Virus record (IMG/VR): IMGVR_UViG_3300005512_000041
Location: 1-56,583 of that record
From: a virus
Lineage: Duplodnaviria > Caudoviricetes
Strand: one strand, 5' to 3'
DNA length: 56,583 bases
Under the pieces are notes generated by a model. The model worked only from the letters and a program-made list of their open reading frames with translations, had not been told where the DNA came from and did no database searches. Positions 37,136-46,638 of the stretch are shown piece by piece. Each line of letters begins with the position of its first letter. The stretch's first letter is position 1. Both the position numbers and the translations under genes were made by a program.

Positions 37136-37161
37136 GGCGGGGCAGCCGAAGCCGCCCCGCC
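37136..37161 (-). terminator. UUCG-capped hairpin after the capsid genes (weak terminator or stability element)
   Basis: GGCGGGGCGGC-TTCG-GCTGCCCCGCC followed by only TT. Confidence 0.6.
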
Positions 37162-37167
37162 CATGGA

Positions 37168-37761
37168 TCACCAGACCGCTTCGCGCTGGGTGTTGCCGAG
37201 GACGCGGGGCTCGGTGGCACCCGGGTCGCTGGCGACGGCCTCGTAGTGCAGCAGCTTGCCGTCCTCGCTGACCGTCGAGCCGACCGTGAAGCCCTTGGCG
37301 TAACCGCTGTCCGCGTCGCCGTGGTAGGCGATGACGGCGGCGTTGCCGGTGGCCGAGGCGACGGCGGCAGCGATCGCAACGCCGGTCTCCGTCTCAGCGG
37401 CAACGGTCAGGTCGTTGGTGCCGCTGTCGTTGATCTCGGCGTTTTCGGAGCCGAACGTGCCGACGATCCGATCCGCCTTGAAGATCAGCCAGCCGGCAGC
37501 GTCACCGCCGGCCCAGGATCCGCTATCGAGGATTACCTGGTCGACGACACCGCTAACGCCGGTGTTGGTCAGGCCGGTGATGGTGTCCCCCGCCTTGATG
37601 GCGACGGAACCGGAGGTGAAGGCCACGCGCTCGTGCATGAGGCCGACGGTGATCAGGTCGCCGTCGGTCACGTTGACGATCGTGACCTTGTCCGGGATGA
37701 AGCCGATCTCGATGTTGAGAGCGGCACCGGTGCCGTGGATGTATCCACACTGGATGGGCAT
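37168..37761 (-). CDS. Capsid-associated protein
   Basis: Directly after the MCP; GTGAALNIEIGFIPDKV...GFTVG pattern; GGAGG RBS. Confidence 0.7.
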   Translation of the reverse strand: MPIQCGYIHGTGAALNIEIGFIPDKVTIVNVTDGDLITVGLMHERVAFTSGSVAIKAGDTITGLTNTGVSGVVDQVILDSGSWAGGDAAGWLIFKADRIVGTFGSENAEINDSGTNDLTVAAETETGVAIAAAVASATGNAAVIAYHGDADSGYAKGFTVGSTVSEDGKLLHYEAVASDPGATEPRVLGNTQREAVW

Positions 37762-37776
37762 GTTTCAGTCCTCCGA

Positions 37777-38787
37777 TTACAGGGCCGTGGCCGCGACTTC
37801 GATGCGGGTCATCCAGGCCTGATTGAGGATCACGCTCGCGTACCAGAACTTCCACGACACGTAGCCGCGCTGGGCGAGGGGATCGGCCGCCGACGGGGTG
37901 GGCCGGATGATGTACGGCGTGGCCGCGTCCTTGCCCCGGAGCGGGACATGGGCGTAGGAGGCCTTGCCGATGACGATCATCGGGTACACGTCCGCGCTGG
38001 AGCCGCCGGTCGACATCATCGCCGTGCCGGACCCGTTGTAGGTTCCGCCGGCGTTGACGATCGGCCCGAGATCCGGCGAGCAGATGAACCGGAACCGCTC
38101 CACCGCACCGAGTTCGTAGTCATGCAGCTTCTGCATCGACCCGTACTTGGAGCACGGCACGAAGTTCGGCAGTTCGCGAATGTCGTGCTCCAGGTCGGTG
38201 TGGCAGAACACGATCCAGCCCGGCTCGATCGGCGTGGTCTGGAACTTCAGAGAGCCGTCAAGCATCTTGTTGACTTTGTTGGCCTTCTGGCTTTCCAGTC
38301 CGCGCACGGCGGCGCGGAGCTTGTTCATGCTGATCGGCGTGTTGACCGCGTTGCGGGCGGCGCCGTTGGCGTAGTGGACGGACGTGCCGGCCTTCAGGAC
38401 GCCGTAGCAAATGGCCTCCTGGGTGCGGCCGACGTTCTCGCCGGCCTGCTCGGCGGCGTCGTTGATGACGTCGTTCTCGTGGAGATCCTCGTCCTTATCC
38501 GTGGTCTGGATCACCATGCCGTACTGCGCGAGAACGGCGGTGACGTCCTCGTAGCGGAACGCGGTTGCGGTCGGGGTCACGCCTTCCTGCAGCGGCACGG
38601 TGGCGGCCTGGAAGGGGATGGGGCGGCGGAAGCCGATGGTCTCGGTCTTCTTGCGCGGCATCCTCTTCACTTCGCCGAACTTGCCGAGCACGATGACGGG
38701 CTGGGCGTATTCGAGAAGCTTGGTGACCGCGTACATATTCGTCAGCGGCGTGTTGCTGCCGCCCGAATCATAGGTCGTAACAGACAT
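37777..38787 (-). CDS. Major capsid protein, N4-gp56-like family
   Basis: FRR, LQEGVTP, QYG, E.GAV..FRF, DPLAQRG..SWK, ILN.AWM.RIE. Confidence 0.9.
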   Translation of the reverse strand: MSVTTYDSGGSNTPLTNMYAVTKLLEYAQPVIVLGKFGEVKRMPRKKTETIGFRRPIPFQAATVPLQEGVTPTATAFRYEDVTAVLAQYGMVIQTTDKDEDLHENDVINDAAEQAGENVGRTQEAICYGVLKAGTSVHYANGAARNAVNTPISMNKLRAAVRGLESQKANKVNKMLDGSLKFQTTPIEPGWIVFCHTDLEHDIRELPNFVPCSKYGSMQKLHDYELGAVERFRFICSPDLGPIVNAGGTYNGSGTAMMSTGGSSADVYPMIVIGKASYAHVPLRGKDAATPYIIRPTPSAADPLAQRGYVSWKFWYASVILNQAWMTRIEVAATAL

Positions 38788-38819
38788 TGCTCAGGATCCT
38801 CATGGATCCCAGCGAGCGT

Positions 38820-39896
38820 TCAGCCAGTCGCGCGGCGACGCTGATCGTACTGCCGGGCGTAATGCTCGAAGGCTTCCTCTTCACTCGCGTTCGGGCCGGG
38901 CGTGGTATCGACCACGCGACCGGCGCCGGAGCGCGGGCCTGGGGCCGCCGTCTCTCTCTGGCGTTGGCGCTTGCTGGTGAGGTTTTCACCGGTGCCCTTG
39001 CCTCCGCCGGCGGCCTGCCGGGTTTGGGTCTGGGCGGCTCCGGGCACTGCTCCGGCCCCACCTGCGCGCTGTTCGTACTTGAAGAGCTTGAGGACTTTGC
39101 TGGCGCCGACAGGGTCAACGATCGCGTCGCGGTTCTTGTCCACGATCGCCCGGATATCATCCGGCTGATCCGCGACCCACTGGTGCCAGTCAGGCGAGTT
39201 CACGACGTCGTCAAGATCCTCGTGTTCGCCCTTGAGAGCGGCGTAGTTCGCTTCCGCCTGCCGGCTCGCCTCTACCTCGCTCAGGCCGCCGACCGTGCCA
39301 CGCAGTTCTTCAAGCTCTGCGTCACGGGCGGACAGTTCTGCCTGGAAGGCGTCGGCGACTTCCGGGAAGTCGTCCTTGAACTTCGTCCACTGCTCCGATG
39401 TGAAGCCCTTCGGCCGTCCGTCCGCTCCCGCGCCACCGTTACCCGCCTGTCGCGGGGAGGTTCGGGTCTGCTGTTTCGCACGATCAAGGGCTGCCGCCAT
39501 GCGCGCGATCTTCGCGTCCTGGCCGGCCCTCTGCTTCTTCAGCGTCTCGTATTCAGCGCGTAGCTGTTCCGGGGCGTTGGCCCACGGGTCGGCGTCCTGT
39601 CCGTCCTGGTCCGAACCGCCAGTTGCTCCGCCATCGCCGGCATCGGAGGGCTGGCCGGCCCCCGTCTGCTGGCCCGCGGCTGGGCCTCGATCTCCGTCAG
39701 TGTCGTCCGCCGAATTGTCTTCGTCCTGGTCGTCGTCCAGCCCGCCAGTGCCGTCATCGCGGTCCTGGCCCTCGCTGGTGTCCTTGCCGTCGCGTTCGGC
39801 CTGCAGTCGCTCCCACGCGGCGTTCTCCGCTGCCTCAATGGCCGCGGCGTCGGGTGGGCCTTGCTCCTGCTCGCCGGTCTGCTGCTGCTCTGACAT
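38820..39896 (-). CDS. Scaffolding protein
   Basis: Acidic low-complexity N-terminus, coiled coil, position between portal and MCP. Confidence 0.75.
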   Translation of the reverse strand: MSEQQQTGEQEQGPPDAAAIEAAENAAWERLQAERDGKDTSEGQDRDDGTGGLDDDQDEDNSADDTDGDRGPAAGQQTGAGQPSDAGDGGATGGSDQDGQDADPWANAPEQLRAEYETLKKQRAGQDAKIARMAAALDRAKQQTRTSPRQAGNGGAGADGRPKGFTSEQWTKFKDDFPEVADAFQAELSARDAELEELRGTVGGLSEVEASRQAEANYAALKGEHEDLDDVVNSPDWHQWVADQPDDIRAIVDKNRDAIVDPVGASKVLKLFKYEQRAGGAGAVPGAAQTQTRQAAGGGKGTGENLTSKRQRQRETAAPGPRSGAGRVVDTTPGPNASEEEAFEHYARQYDQRRRATG

Positions 39897-39940
39897 CCGA
39901 CAACCCGTTCAGTTTTGAACTAGGGGGACGCTGGTTGCTC

Positions 39941-39955
39941 TCGCAGTCTTTCGCA
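39941..39955 (-). promoter_or_regulatory. Putative late-promoter motif copy 1 (TCGCAGTCTTTCGCA on +)
   Basis: Exact 15-bp match at 46616-46630; both intergenic and upstream of late genes. Confidence 0.55.
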
Positions 39956-39966
39956 ATAGAAAAAAG

Positions 39967-40245
39967 CTATCGGATATTCCGAGCGTCATAGGGCAATTTG
40001 ATGATCGACTCCATGGCGGCGAGATAGCCCCGCTCGAACTCGGTGGCTTCCGGGCTCATGCCGTGAGACTTCAGGCGCTCGATCGCGCCCTCCGCCTTGG
40101 TGATCAGGTACGGCTCCAGCGCCGCCCACGTTGCCGAGTGGATATCGACAGCCAGGCCAACGGCTTTCGATGTCGTGGCCGGGTCCGCGTCGGATCCTCG
40201 CTTGTTGAGGAACCGCTGCAACTCCGGGGGCAGGCGGCCGGACAT
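39967..40245 (-). CDS. Small protein downstream of portal
   Basis: TGATG coupling; SATW..L...TEFERG pattern. Confidence 0.75.
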   Translation of the reverse strand: MSGRLPPELQRFLNKRGSDADPATTSKAVGLAVDIHSATWAALEPYLITKAEGAIERLKSHGMSPEATEFERGYLAAMESIIKLPYDARNIR

Positions 40246-42458
40246 CAGACCGCCCCGCCGGAGGATTTGCCCGTCGCCTCGGCCATCGCCATTTCAGCCG
40301 CAAGCGATCGCTCCTGGTGGCCGATCTTCATGGCCTCCCGGCTGAGAAGCGCCCGTAGTTCCTCTTCCTTCATGTTCAGCGTCTCGGCAAGCTGCATCAT
40401 CTTGGTGTCACGCTCGATGTTGGCGAGCTCGATCTTGGTCTGGCGATCCATGACCGCAATCTCGCGCTGAACCTCAAGCTTCAGCATGTCCGGGTCCGGC
40501 TGTTGCGGCTGCTGAGCCTGAGCGCGGCGCCACTCCTCGATCTCGTCGTCGGTCAGCACCCAATCGTCGGCCGGCACCTTCCCGGCGGCGACCACGCGGC
40601 GGTACGCTTCGGGCAGGCGGGTCATTGCTCTGATCTCGGGGTCGCTTAGGGCAAGCTGGAACAGCCCGATCATGTTCTGCGCCTGGATCTCCTGCACCAG
40701 AAGCACGGACGATCCGCGGGCCACGACCTTCATGTCGCCCTTGATCGACTGGTCCTGGCTCCACTGCATCGTCCAGTCATAGAACCGGCGGATCAGCGGC
40801 GTGGTCAGGTAGTCGTCGAAGTCCTTCACCACGCGGCGGAACACCACATTGGTCGAGTTCATCAGGATCGACATGCCCTGGGCCGTCTTCGTGACCTGGC
40901 TGTTCTGCTGACCCTCGGCAAGCATGGAGATGCCGGTCTCGTCGTCCACGAACTGCATGGCGGCGTTCACCATTGCCATCAGGTCGCCGAGATTGGACGG
41001 CAGGCCATGGACCTCGAACAGGCGCTCGCCCTGCGTGGTCACGCGGGTCTTGAGCCATATCTTGCCGGCCTCGATGTTCCACGACCCGTCTTCCGGCTCG
41101 ATGCCGGTCTTGTCGATCACGACCTGCGGGACGGTGGACAGGCCGGCGTTGTCCAGGATCGCACGCCAGAACGCGCAGATCGCGGCCTGGATGTCGCGCA
41201 TCTGGTAGGGAACGCCATAGCCCCACACGCTGCCGTCGTCGCGCTGCCAGCAGAACGTCGAGTAGATGCATTCGCCGGAGTCGAGGGCCTGTTCTCCGAA
41301 CTTGATCACCTCGCCATCGCAGAACCAGACGCAGACGTGGACCTCGGCAAGCGGATCGACGTCCTCGTAGTCGCTCGCCATGTCCTGCCGGCCGATCGCA
41401 CGGGCGATCTCCATCATGTCTTCTGCCGTGAGCACACCGTAGTACTCGAAGACGTGGAAGGTATCGGACGATCCGTCCTGGTGGTTGCCCGTGATCGTGC
41501 GGAGATCGTTGACGAAGTATGGGGAGCTCTCGCGCGGCCCGCGCTTGATCAGCCGGCGGATCGCCTTGCGGTCAAAGCCGGGAAGCTGCGCCAGCTTTCG
41601 CAGGTGCCGCTCCTTGTACAGGTGCCGCTCATAGGTGCCGTCTCCGTCCTTGATGTCGGGGATGTCCGGATCGGGGAAGAAGTGCCACGGGTCGACGTAG
41701 TACGCCGCGCCCCGCATCATGTCCTCCTGCGGCTCCATCACCGTGAAGGGGATGCCGCCCGGGCCAAGCACCTCCTGCCACTTCATGGCGGGCTTCATCT
41801 GCTTGACCGGACCCTTGATGATGCCGGTCCCGAGCTTGCAGGCGTCCTCAATCACCCGGCGGGCCTGGTGGTTGTATTCGCATTCCACGAGTTGATCGTG
41901 GATCTCTTCCTGCATTCCCTCGGCGGCCCGGTCGGCCTTCTGGATCACAGCGCGGGCGCGGGCGGCCTCGTCGAGCACCGGCTGCGCCTGGGCGATCATC
42001 GCCTCGGCCTCTTCCTGCTGGCCGGACTCCAGGAGCATGTTCGCCTGGTCCTCGACCTGCTGGCCCATGGCGTCGACCTCCTCGAGGCGCCGGACCAGAT
42101 CGGGAACGGGCGTCGGCTCAATGCCCCAATTCCGGTCGTCGGTCGGGAACAGCATGTCAGAGAGCTTCGCCGCCGCGGTGTTGGTCTTCGACCGGGTGAC
42201 GTTGAGGTACAGTTCGCTGCCCTCGCGCTTGGCGAGCTCGCTCAGGATGTCGGACTCGTACTTGCCGTGGTACTGCCGGAGATCCTGCAGGCGCTCCTGT
42301 TCCCACGGGCGCTTGAGCCCGATCCGGCGGTTGACCTCCGCCTCATGTTTGCCGACGAACCCGCGCAGCCGCTCGGCAAGGGCGTCGTCCTGGTCCTGCT
42401 CATTGCCGTGGACGGCGAGCACCTGGTAGTCGCTGGCTTCAGCTTCGATCAGGGCCAT
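40245..42458 (-). CDS. Portal protein
   Basis: 737 aa after terL; VDPWHFFPDP, WGYGVP, DNAGLS, TAQGMSILM, C-terminal coiled coil. Confidence 0.88.
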   Translation of the reverse strand: MALIEAEASDYQVLAVHGNEQDQDDALAERLRGFVGKHEAEVNRRIGLKRPWEQERLQDLRQYHGKYESDILSELAKREGSELYLNVTRSKTNTAAAKLSDMLFPTDDRNWGIEPTPVPDLVRRLEEVDAMGQQVEDQANMLLESGQQEEAEAMIAQAQPVLDEAARARAVIQKADRAAEGMQEEIHDQLVECEYNHQARRVIEDACKLGTGIIKGPVKQMKPAMKWQEVLGPGGIPFTVMEPQEDMMRGAAYYVDPWHFFPDPDIPDIKDGDGTYERHLYKERHLRKLAQLPGFDRKAIRRLIKRGPRESSPYFVNDLRTITGNHQDGSSDTFHVFEYYGVLTAEDMMEIARAIGRQDMASDYEDVDPLAEVHVCVWFCDGEVIKFGEQALDSGECIYSTFCWQRDDGSVWGYGVPYQMRDIQAAICAFWRAILDNAGLSTVPQVVIDKTGIEPEDGSWNIEAGKIWLKTRVTTQGERLFEVHGLPSNLGDLMAMVNAAMQFVDDETGISMLAEGQQNSQVTKTAQGMSILMNSTNVVFRRVVKDFDDYLTTPLIRRFYDWTMQWSQDQSIKGDMKVVARGSSVLLVQEIQAQNMIGLFQLALSDPEIRAMTRLPEAYRRVVAAGKVPADDWVLTDDEIEEWRRAQAQQPQQPDPDMLKLEVQREIAVMDRQTKIELANIERDTKMMQLAETLNMKEEELRALLSREAMKIGHQERSLAAEMAMAEATGKSSGGAV

Positions 42459-42469
42459 GGTCCATCTCC

Positions 42470-44287
42470 TCAGTAACCGACGCGCTTGCGGGCGCCGCGC
42501 TGCACCGTGCGGGTCATCGTTTTCTCGACCGACGCGACCATGAGGCCGCCAGTGACCAGCATTCGAGTTGCCCGCATCAGTGGGTGATCGTCATCTACCG
42601 GCTTGCCGTCTTCGCCCTTGTGATATGTCCGGTACTCCCGCAGCCAGTTCCCGCAGGTCTGGCGGCACACCTTCAGGCGGCCGGTCGCGAGGCGGTTGGC
42701 GATCTGCGCCGTGCCGGCCTCGAATGGATCGGGCAGCGGGTTCAGCTTCACGCCCTGGCTTAGGTAGTTCGACAGCACCTGTCGCCCCACGTCCTCGGTG
42801 CGCCGGCTGCCGGTCGGATTGAACACGCCGGGTATCCACTCGCCACGCAGCTTGATCGCTGCGGCCTGGGTTGCCAGATCGGCGGCGGAGCGAACGTCGG
42901 TGGCGTAGAGATAAAGGGTGTCGTCGGCCGGGTCCAAGGCGCTCCACAGCGCGGCGATCTTGTCGGGGCCGACATCCAGCACGAACGCCCGGGGCCAATA
43001 CGCCGGGATCTTGCCCACGTCGTCCGCCTCGTAGACGAAGTCCGGTTCCGGCGCGCGGAACACGTTGCCCTCGCCCATGGTGGGGAACAACTCGGTCATG
43101 GCCCACACCAGAGCATCGGCGCGGTCGGGGCTGCCGTCGCCGTCGTAGCCGGCCGGGGTGATCTTGCAGAGTTGGTCTTCCAGCGCTGGGAAGGTGCCGA
43201 CGTGGCTGATCTGCCCGGCCTCGTACCGGCTGGCGATCGGTTCGGCGCGGACGTGCTTCCCCCGGCTCGCATAGACTTCGATGATCGGCAGGCCAACGCG
43301 CTCGGCCTGGAGAGTTTGGCGCACAAGGTCACCGCCCTGGTTGCGCTCGATGACGATGGCGTCGGCGTTGTGCTTGTCGAACTGTTCGATGGCGCGGCGT
43401 GCCCACTGACGCGGAGAGCCGGACAGCGACCCGTCTTCGATGACATAGCCGCGCTCGTCGTCGCCCTTCGCGGCCACGATGATGCCGTGCTCGTTCGATC
43501 CTTCCTCGGCGCTGACGGCGTGATCGACCGCGACGATGATGCGATGGAAGGTGATACCTTCCTCGTCCAACTCTTCGAGAGTCTTGCGGTGCTCGGCGAT
43601 GTTCGCGCGGTTGAAGATAGCGCCGACGGCCTGGGGCTCGTACTCGCCAAGCCAGATGTGGGCGTAGCGTTCGGGCCGCGCTCGCTCATCCAGCGCCCGG
43701 TCGGCCTCAAGCTCGTCGGTGAAATAACGGTTCTGATCATAGTTCACCGGCCGAATGATGGCGTTCTCTGGAATGATCGGCCCGCGGAAGAATTGATCGA
43801 CCGGATCCTGGGCGCTGCGCGGGTTCCAGGAGAACCACATCTCGGACCCGGGCTTGCGAATGGTGGGACGCAGCATTTCGAGCGATCGGCCGGAAAGCGT
43901 CTGCGCCTCCTCGACCCACGCGATATCGAAGCCCTCCAGCGACTTGATGGACTCGGCCGTGTGGTCCTGCATCCCCTGGAAAATGATCGTGCCGCCGCCG
44001 GGCGTCTTGATTTCGTCGCGCTGGCAGTCGAACAGATACCCCAGGCCGAACAGTTCGATCTTGTCTTCGATCAGCCGCTTGACCGACTCCCGCAGAGACT
44101 TCTGTACCTCGCGGACGCAGACCGCTCGCAAGCCATGGTTCGCAGCCGCGTTCGCCACCATCGCCTCGGCGAAGAAGTGCGACTTGGCCGATCCGCGCCC
44201 GCCGTAGAGGGCCTTGTACCGGCTTGGCCGCATGAAGTCGGTGAAGACATCCGAGGCGGTGCCTATTCGGACGACTGGTTGCCCCAT
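42470..44287 (-). CDS. terL: Terminase large subunit with two tandem RNase H-like domains
   Basis: YGGRGSAKS Walker A, WVEEAQ Walker B, SWNP; nuclease VAVD...ERNQGG...DRADA; further ~180-aa nuclease-like tail. Confidence 0.93.
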   Translation of the reverse strand: MGQPVVRIGTASDVFTDFMRPSRYKALYGGRGSAKSHFFAEAMVANAAANHGLRAVCVREVQKSLRESVKRLIEDKIELFGLGYLFDCQRDEIKTPGGGTIIFQGMQDHTAESIKSLEGFDIAWVEEAQTLSGRSLEMLRPTIRKPGSEMWFSWNPRSAQDPVDQFFRGPIIPENAIIRPVNYDQNRYFTDELEADRALDERARPERYAHIWLGEYEPQAVGAIFNRANIAEHRKTLEELDEEGITFHRIIVAVDHAVSAEEGSNEHGIIVAAKGDDERGYVIEDGSLSGSPRQWARRAIEQFDKHNADAIVIERNQGGDLVRQTLQAERVGLPIIEVYASRGKHVRAEPIASRYEAGQISHVGTFPALEDQLCKITPAGYDGDGSPDRADALVWAMTELFPTMGEGNVFRAPEPDFVYEADDVGKIPAYWPRAFVLDVGPDKIAALWSALDPADDTLYLYATDVRSAADLATQAAAIKLRGEWIPGVFNPTGSRRTEDVGRQVLSNYLSQGVKLNPLPDPFEAGTAQIANRLATGRLKVCRQTCGNWLREYRTYHKGEDGKPVDDDHPLMRATRMLVTGGLMVASVEKTMTRTVQRGARKRVGY

Positions 44288-44742
44288 AGGACAATTGGCC
44301 CTCCATTGGCTCCGGTGTGTTCAACCTGCTTCTTGTTCGAGAAGGCATCGCCCACCTCTTTCGCCGCCTGCTCCAGCAGCGCCCGGGTGGTGTCGTAGTC
44401 GCGGGCATCGAAGGTCTCGGCCGCCATGTCGTCGAGCATTCGCAGGCGCACGACCTTCTGCGATATGCCGACAGCCGCCGCCTTTTCCAGGAACTCGGCG
44501 CGGGCTTTCTCGAACAGGCTGCGCCACTTCGCCCCGAGCCGCCGCCCGGCCCACTTCGTCGGGTCATAGAACTCGACGGTCTGGCGGGTGATCGTCATCC
44601 CGTGTTCTTCCTCGAGGCGCTTGACCACCGTAGACGGCGTCTCGAAGCAGGCGATCTGCGTGACGACAAACTCTTTGTGGGTGTCGTTCAGCGTATGCGT
44701 GGGGGCCTCGCCGGGCTTCAGGACGCCGCGCTTCTTGGTCAT
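44263..44742 (-). CDS. Terminase small subunit (DUF2280-like)
   Basis: IACFETPS.V, YDPTK, LEQAAKEVGD, EHTGANGGPI; overlaps the terL start. Confidence 0.8.
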   Translation of the reverse strand: MTKKRGVLKPGEAPTHTLNDTHKEFVVTQIACFETPSTVVKRLEEEHGMTITRQTVEFYDPTKWAGRRLGAKWRSLFEKARAEFLEKAAAVGISQKVVRLRMLDDMAAETFDARDYDTTRALLEQAAKEVGDAFSNKKQVEHTGANGGPIVLWGNQSSE

Positions 44743-45122
44743 GCCGCCCTCATCATCCGCCGCGCCTTCCGCCCGGGCACGCTCATCGGCGGGCTGATCC
44801 GCGTGCTCGCCCCACCGTCCAGCCACGCACGGCCGCGCTCGGTCAGCCTGATCTGCCACGGGTAGACGCGGTATCCGCTCTCCTCCCACGGGTCATCGAT
44901 CTTCATGTCGCACGGCGCGACGGCGGCCAGCCCATAGGTCAGCAGTTGCCGCACCGGGTCAGCGCCGTACTGACGCTCTCCGCGGACGGTCCACGGGTCG
45001 GGCTCGTTCTTCAGCGGGTGGGTGCTGAACACCACCTTGCCGTCGGGCTCGGCCAACTGGCGGGCCATGGCGACGGCGTCGGGCGACAGGGCGAGCGAGG
45101 TTGTGGTGGCGGCGCTACGCAT
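44739..45122 (-). CDS. Hypothetical protein
   Basis: Overlaps both neighbours; LTERGRAWL motif. Confidence 0.6.
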   Translation of the reverse strand: MRSAATTTSLALSPDAVAMARQLAEPDGKVVFSTHPLKNEPDPWTVRGERQYGADPVRQLLTYGLAAVAPCDMKIDDPWEESGYRVYPWQIRLTERGRAWLDGGASTRISPPMSVPGRKARRMMRAA

Positions 45123-45321
45123 CGGCGGGGTCTTCCCGCTGCTCGTGGGCGCAGATTTCTCGCGCAGTTCGACTGGCGACCGCCATCGCGACATCAATGA
45201 ACTCGTCGGCTGACGTAACTTCACCTGAGTTCTCGGTGCGATAGACCGCCGAGAACTCCCGGCTTTCCCCCGCATGGTCGATAAAGCGAATGGTGGTGGT
45301 GGTGCTAAGCATTTCAAACAT
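45115..45321 (-). CDS. Hypothetical protein
   Basis: GAGG RBS; overlapping chain. Confidence 0.55.
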   Translation of the reverse strand: MFEMLSTTTTIRFIDHAGESREFSAVYRTENSGEVTSADEFIDVAMAVASRTAREICAHEQREDPADA

Positions 45322-45466
45322 CCTCAACCCTCCCGCGCGCCTCGGTGTAGGGGTTCGACATCGCCTGTTGCTCGACCGAACTCCGGCGCGTGTCCCGGAT
45401 CAGCGCGCAGCCGACCAGAGCGAGACAGGTGACGAAGCCGGCGGCGAACCAAGCGAAGGCGGCCAT
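45314..45466 (-). CDS. Small TM protein
   Basis: MAAFAWFAAGFVTCLALVGCALI; coupled start. Confidence 0.6.
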   Translation of the reverse strand: MAAFAWFAAGFVTCLALVGCALIRDTRRSSVEQQAMSNPYTEARGRVEDV

Positions 45467-45768
45467 CACGTCCACTCCGTGACCTGTGCCTGCCCGGCCG
45501 TCGACGCCCACGTCCCGAGGATCTGGCCCAGGTACGTCTCGGTGTTCCCGTTTGTCTGGTACGTCGGCAGATCGTACCGCTCGTTCGCCGCCACCTGCAC
45601 CGAGTGGGCCGAGGTGCTGTTCACGGTGACGCCGCCGTCCAGCAGCAGGAACAACGCCGCGCTCGACGTGTTCTGGATCGTCGCCGCCTTGCGGGCGTTG
45701 TTCGCGGCGAGAATCGTCTGCGTTGCGGTGCTGCCGGTGACCGTGGTGCGGTTCGGTGTCATGCCCAT
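45466..45768 (-). CDS. Small beta-rich protein, probably structural
   Basis: ILAANNARKAATIQN; AGGAG RBS. Confidence 0.7.
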   Translation of the reverse strand: MGMTPNRTTVTGSTATQTILAANNARKAATIQNTSSAALFLLLDGGVTVNSTSAHSVQVAANERYDLPTYQTNGNTETYLGQILGTWASTAGQAQVTEWT

Positions 45769-45786
45769 GTGCTCGCTCTCCTGCGG

Positions 45787-46212
45787 CTACGCGGCGACCT
45801 GCGCCGCCTTCTGGTGGGTGAGGTTCTGGAGCATCCGGACGTAGCCGGCCGGGTACATCTCCGGATTCGCCAGCGCGTGCTGAACCGCCTCATCGTCGGG
45901 ATCGAACTCCTCGAGATGGTCGGCGCCCTGGTCGTTGTGCGCGGTGTGGAACCCGGCCCGCTCCATCGCCGGCGCGACGGCCATCCACTGGTTCAGCGAG
46001 CAGTGGGAGGGGACGCGGACCACCACCGGGCGCTTGGCGTGCGGGTGGATGATCTGCGGTTGGGTCAGCGGCTTGCGGACCAGTGCCATGGGCTCGTCGG
46101 TGCCGTTGCGCACGACCTGCAGCGCGGCGGCGGCCTCGATCGTCTTGGCCGGCACCGGACGGCACGCCGTGGTGACGTGGAGGGCGTAGCGAAGGGCGGC
46201 GTTCGGGGTCAT
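45787..46212 (-). CDS. Hypothetical protein
   Basis: ATGA coupled. Confidence 0.65.
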   Translation of the reverse strand: MTPNAALRYALHVTTACRPVPAKTIEAAAALQVVRNGTDEPMALVRKPLTQPQIIHPHAKRPVVVRVPSHCSLNQWMAVAPAMERAGFHTAHNDQGADHLEEFDPDDEAVQHALANPEMYPAGYVRMLQNLTHQKAAQVAA

Positions 46213-46574
46213 GTGTCCAGGCCCATCCGGCGGCTGTCGAAGCGTTTGGCGCCTCCCTGTTCGCCGGCTGCCGGGGCCGGCACTTCCGCCGGTTCCGGCC
46301 CGAGCAGATACGTCTCGTAGATCTCAGCCACCATCGGGACGCCGAACGCTGACTCCCTCCCGGCCGCGACGGTATACACCGCCGCCAGGAACGCCGCGCG
46401 CCGGATCAGATCGGCCCGGTCACCTGCAATTTGGTTGGCTTTCTCTCGCAGTGTCGCCGCAAGCCGATCTGGGCACCCGTCTCCTGGTTCGGTGATGGGT
46501 AGCGGCACCTTTGCCAGCAGATCGGCAAGCGCCACGATGTCGCCCTTATCGCCTGCAGTCCGGTCAGTCGCCAT
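46209..46574 (-). CDS. Hypothetical protein, first gene of late operon
   Basis: GGAGGTGA RBS before MATDRT. Confidence 0.7.
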   Translation of the reverse strand: MATDRTAGDKGDIVALADLLAKVPLPITEPGDGCPDRLAATLREKANQIAGDRADLIRRAAFLAAVYTVAAGRESAFGVPMVAEIYETYLLGPEPAEVPAPAAGEQGGAKRFDSRRMGLDT

Positions 46575-46615
46575 CTCGTTCACCTCCGTGATCGATAGGA
46601 ACCCGCTATCGGCTT

Positions 46616-46630
46616 TCGCAGTCTTTCGCA
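46616..46630 (-). promoter_or_regulatory. Putative late-promoter motif copy 2
   Basis: Identical to 39941-39955; at the early/late boundary. Confidence 0.55.
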
Positions 46631-46638
46631 TCAAAAAA

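Noticed and set aside
39907-39920. GTTCAGTTTTGAAC as another CI operator
   Set aside because: Half-site spacing is shorter than TTCAA-N5-TTGAA; more likely a small leader hairpin
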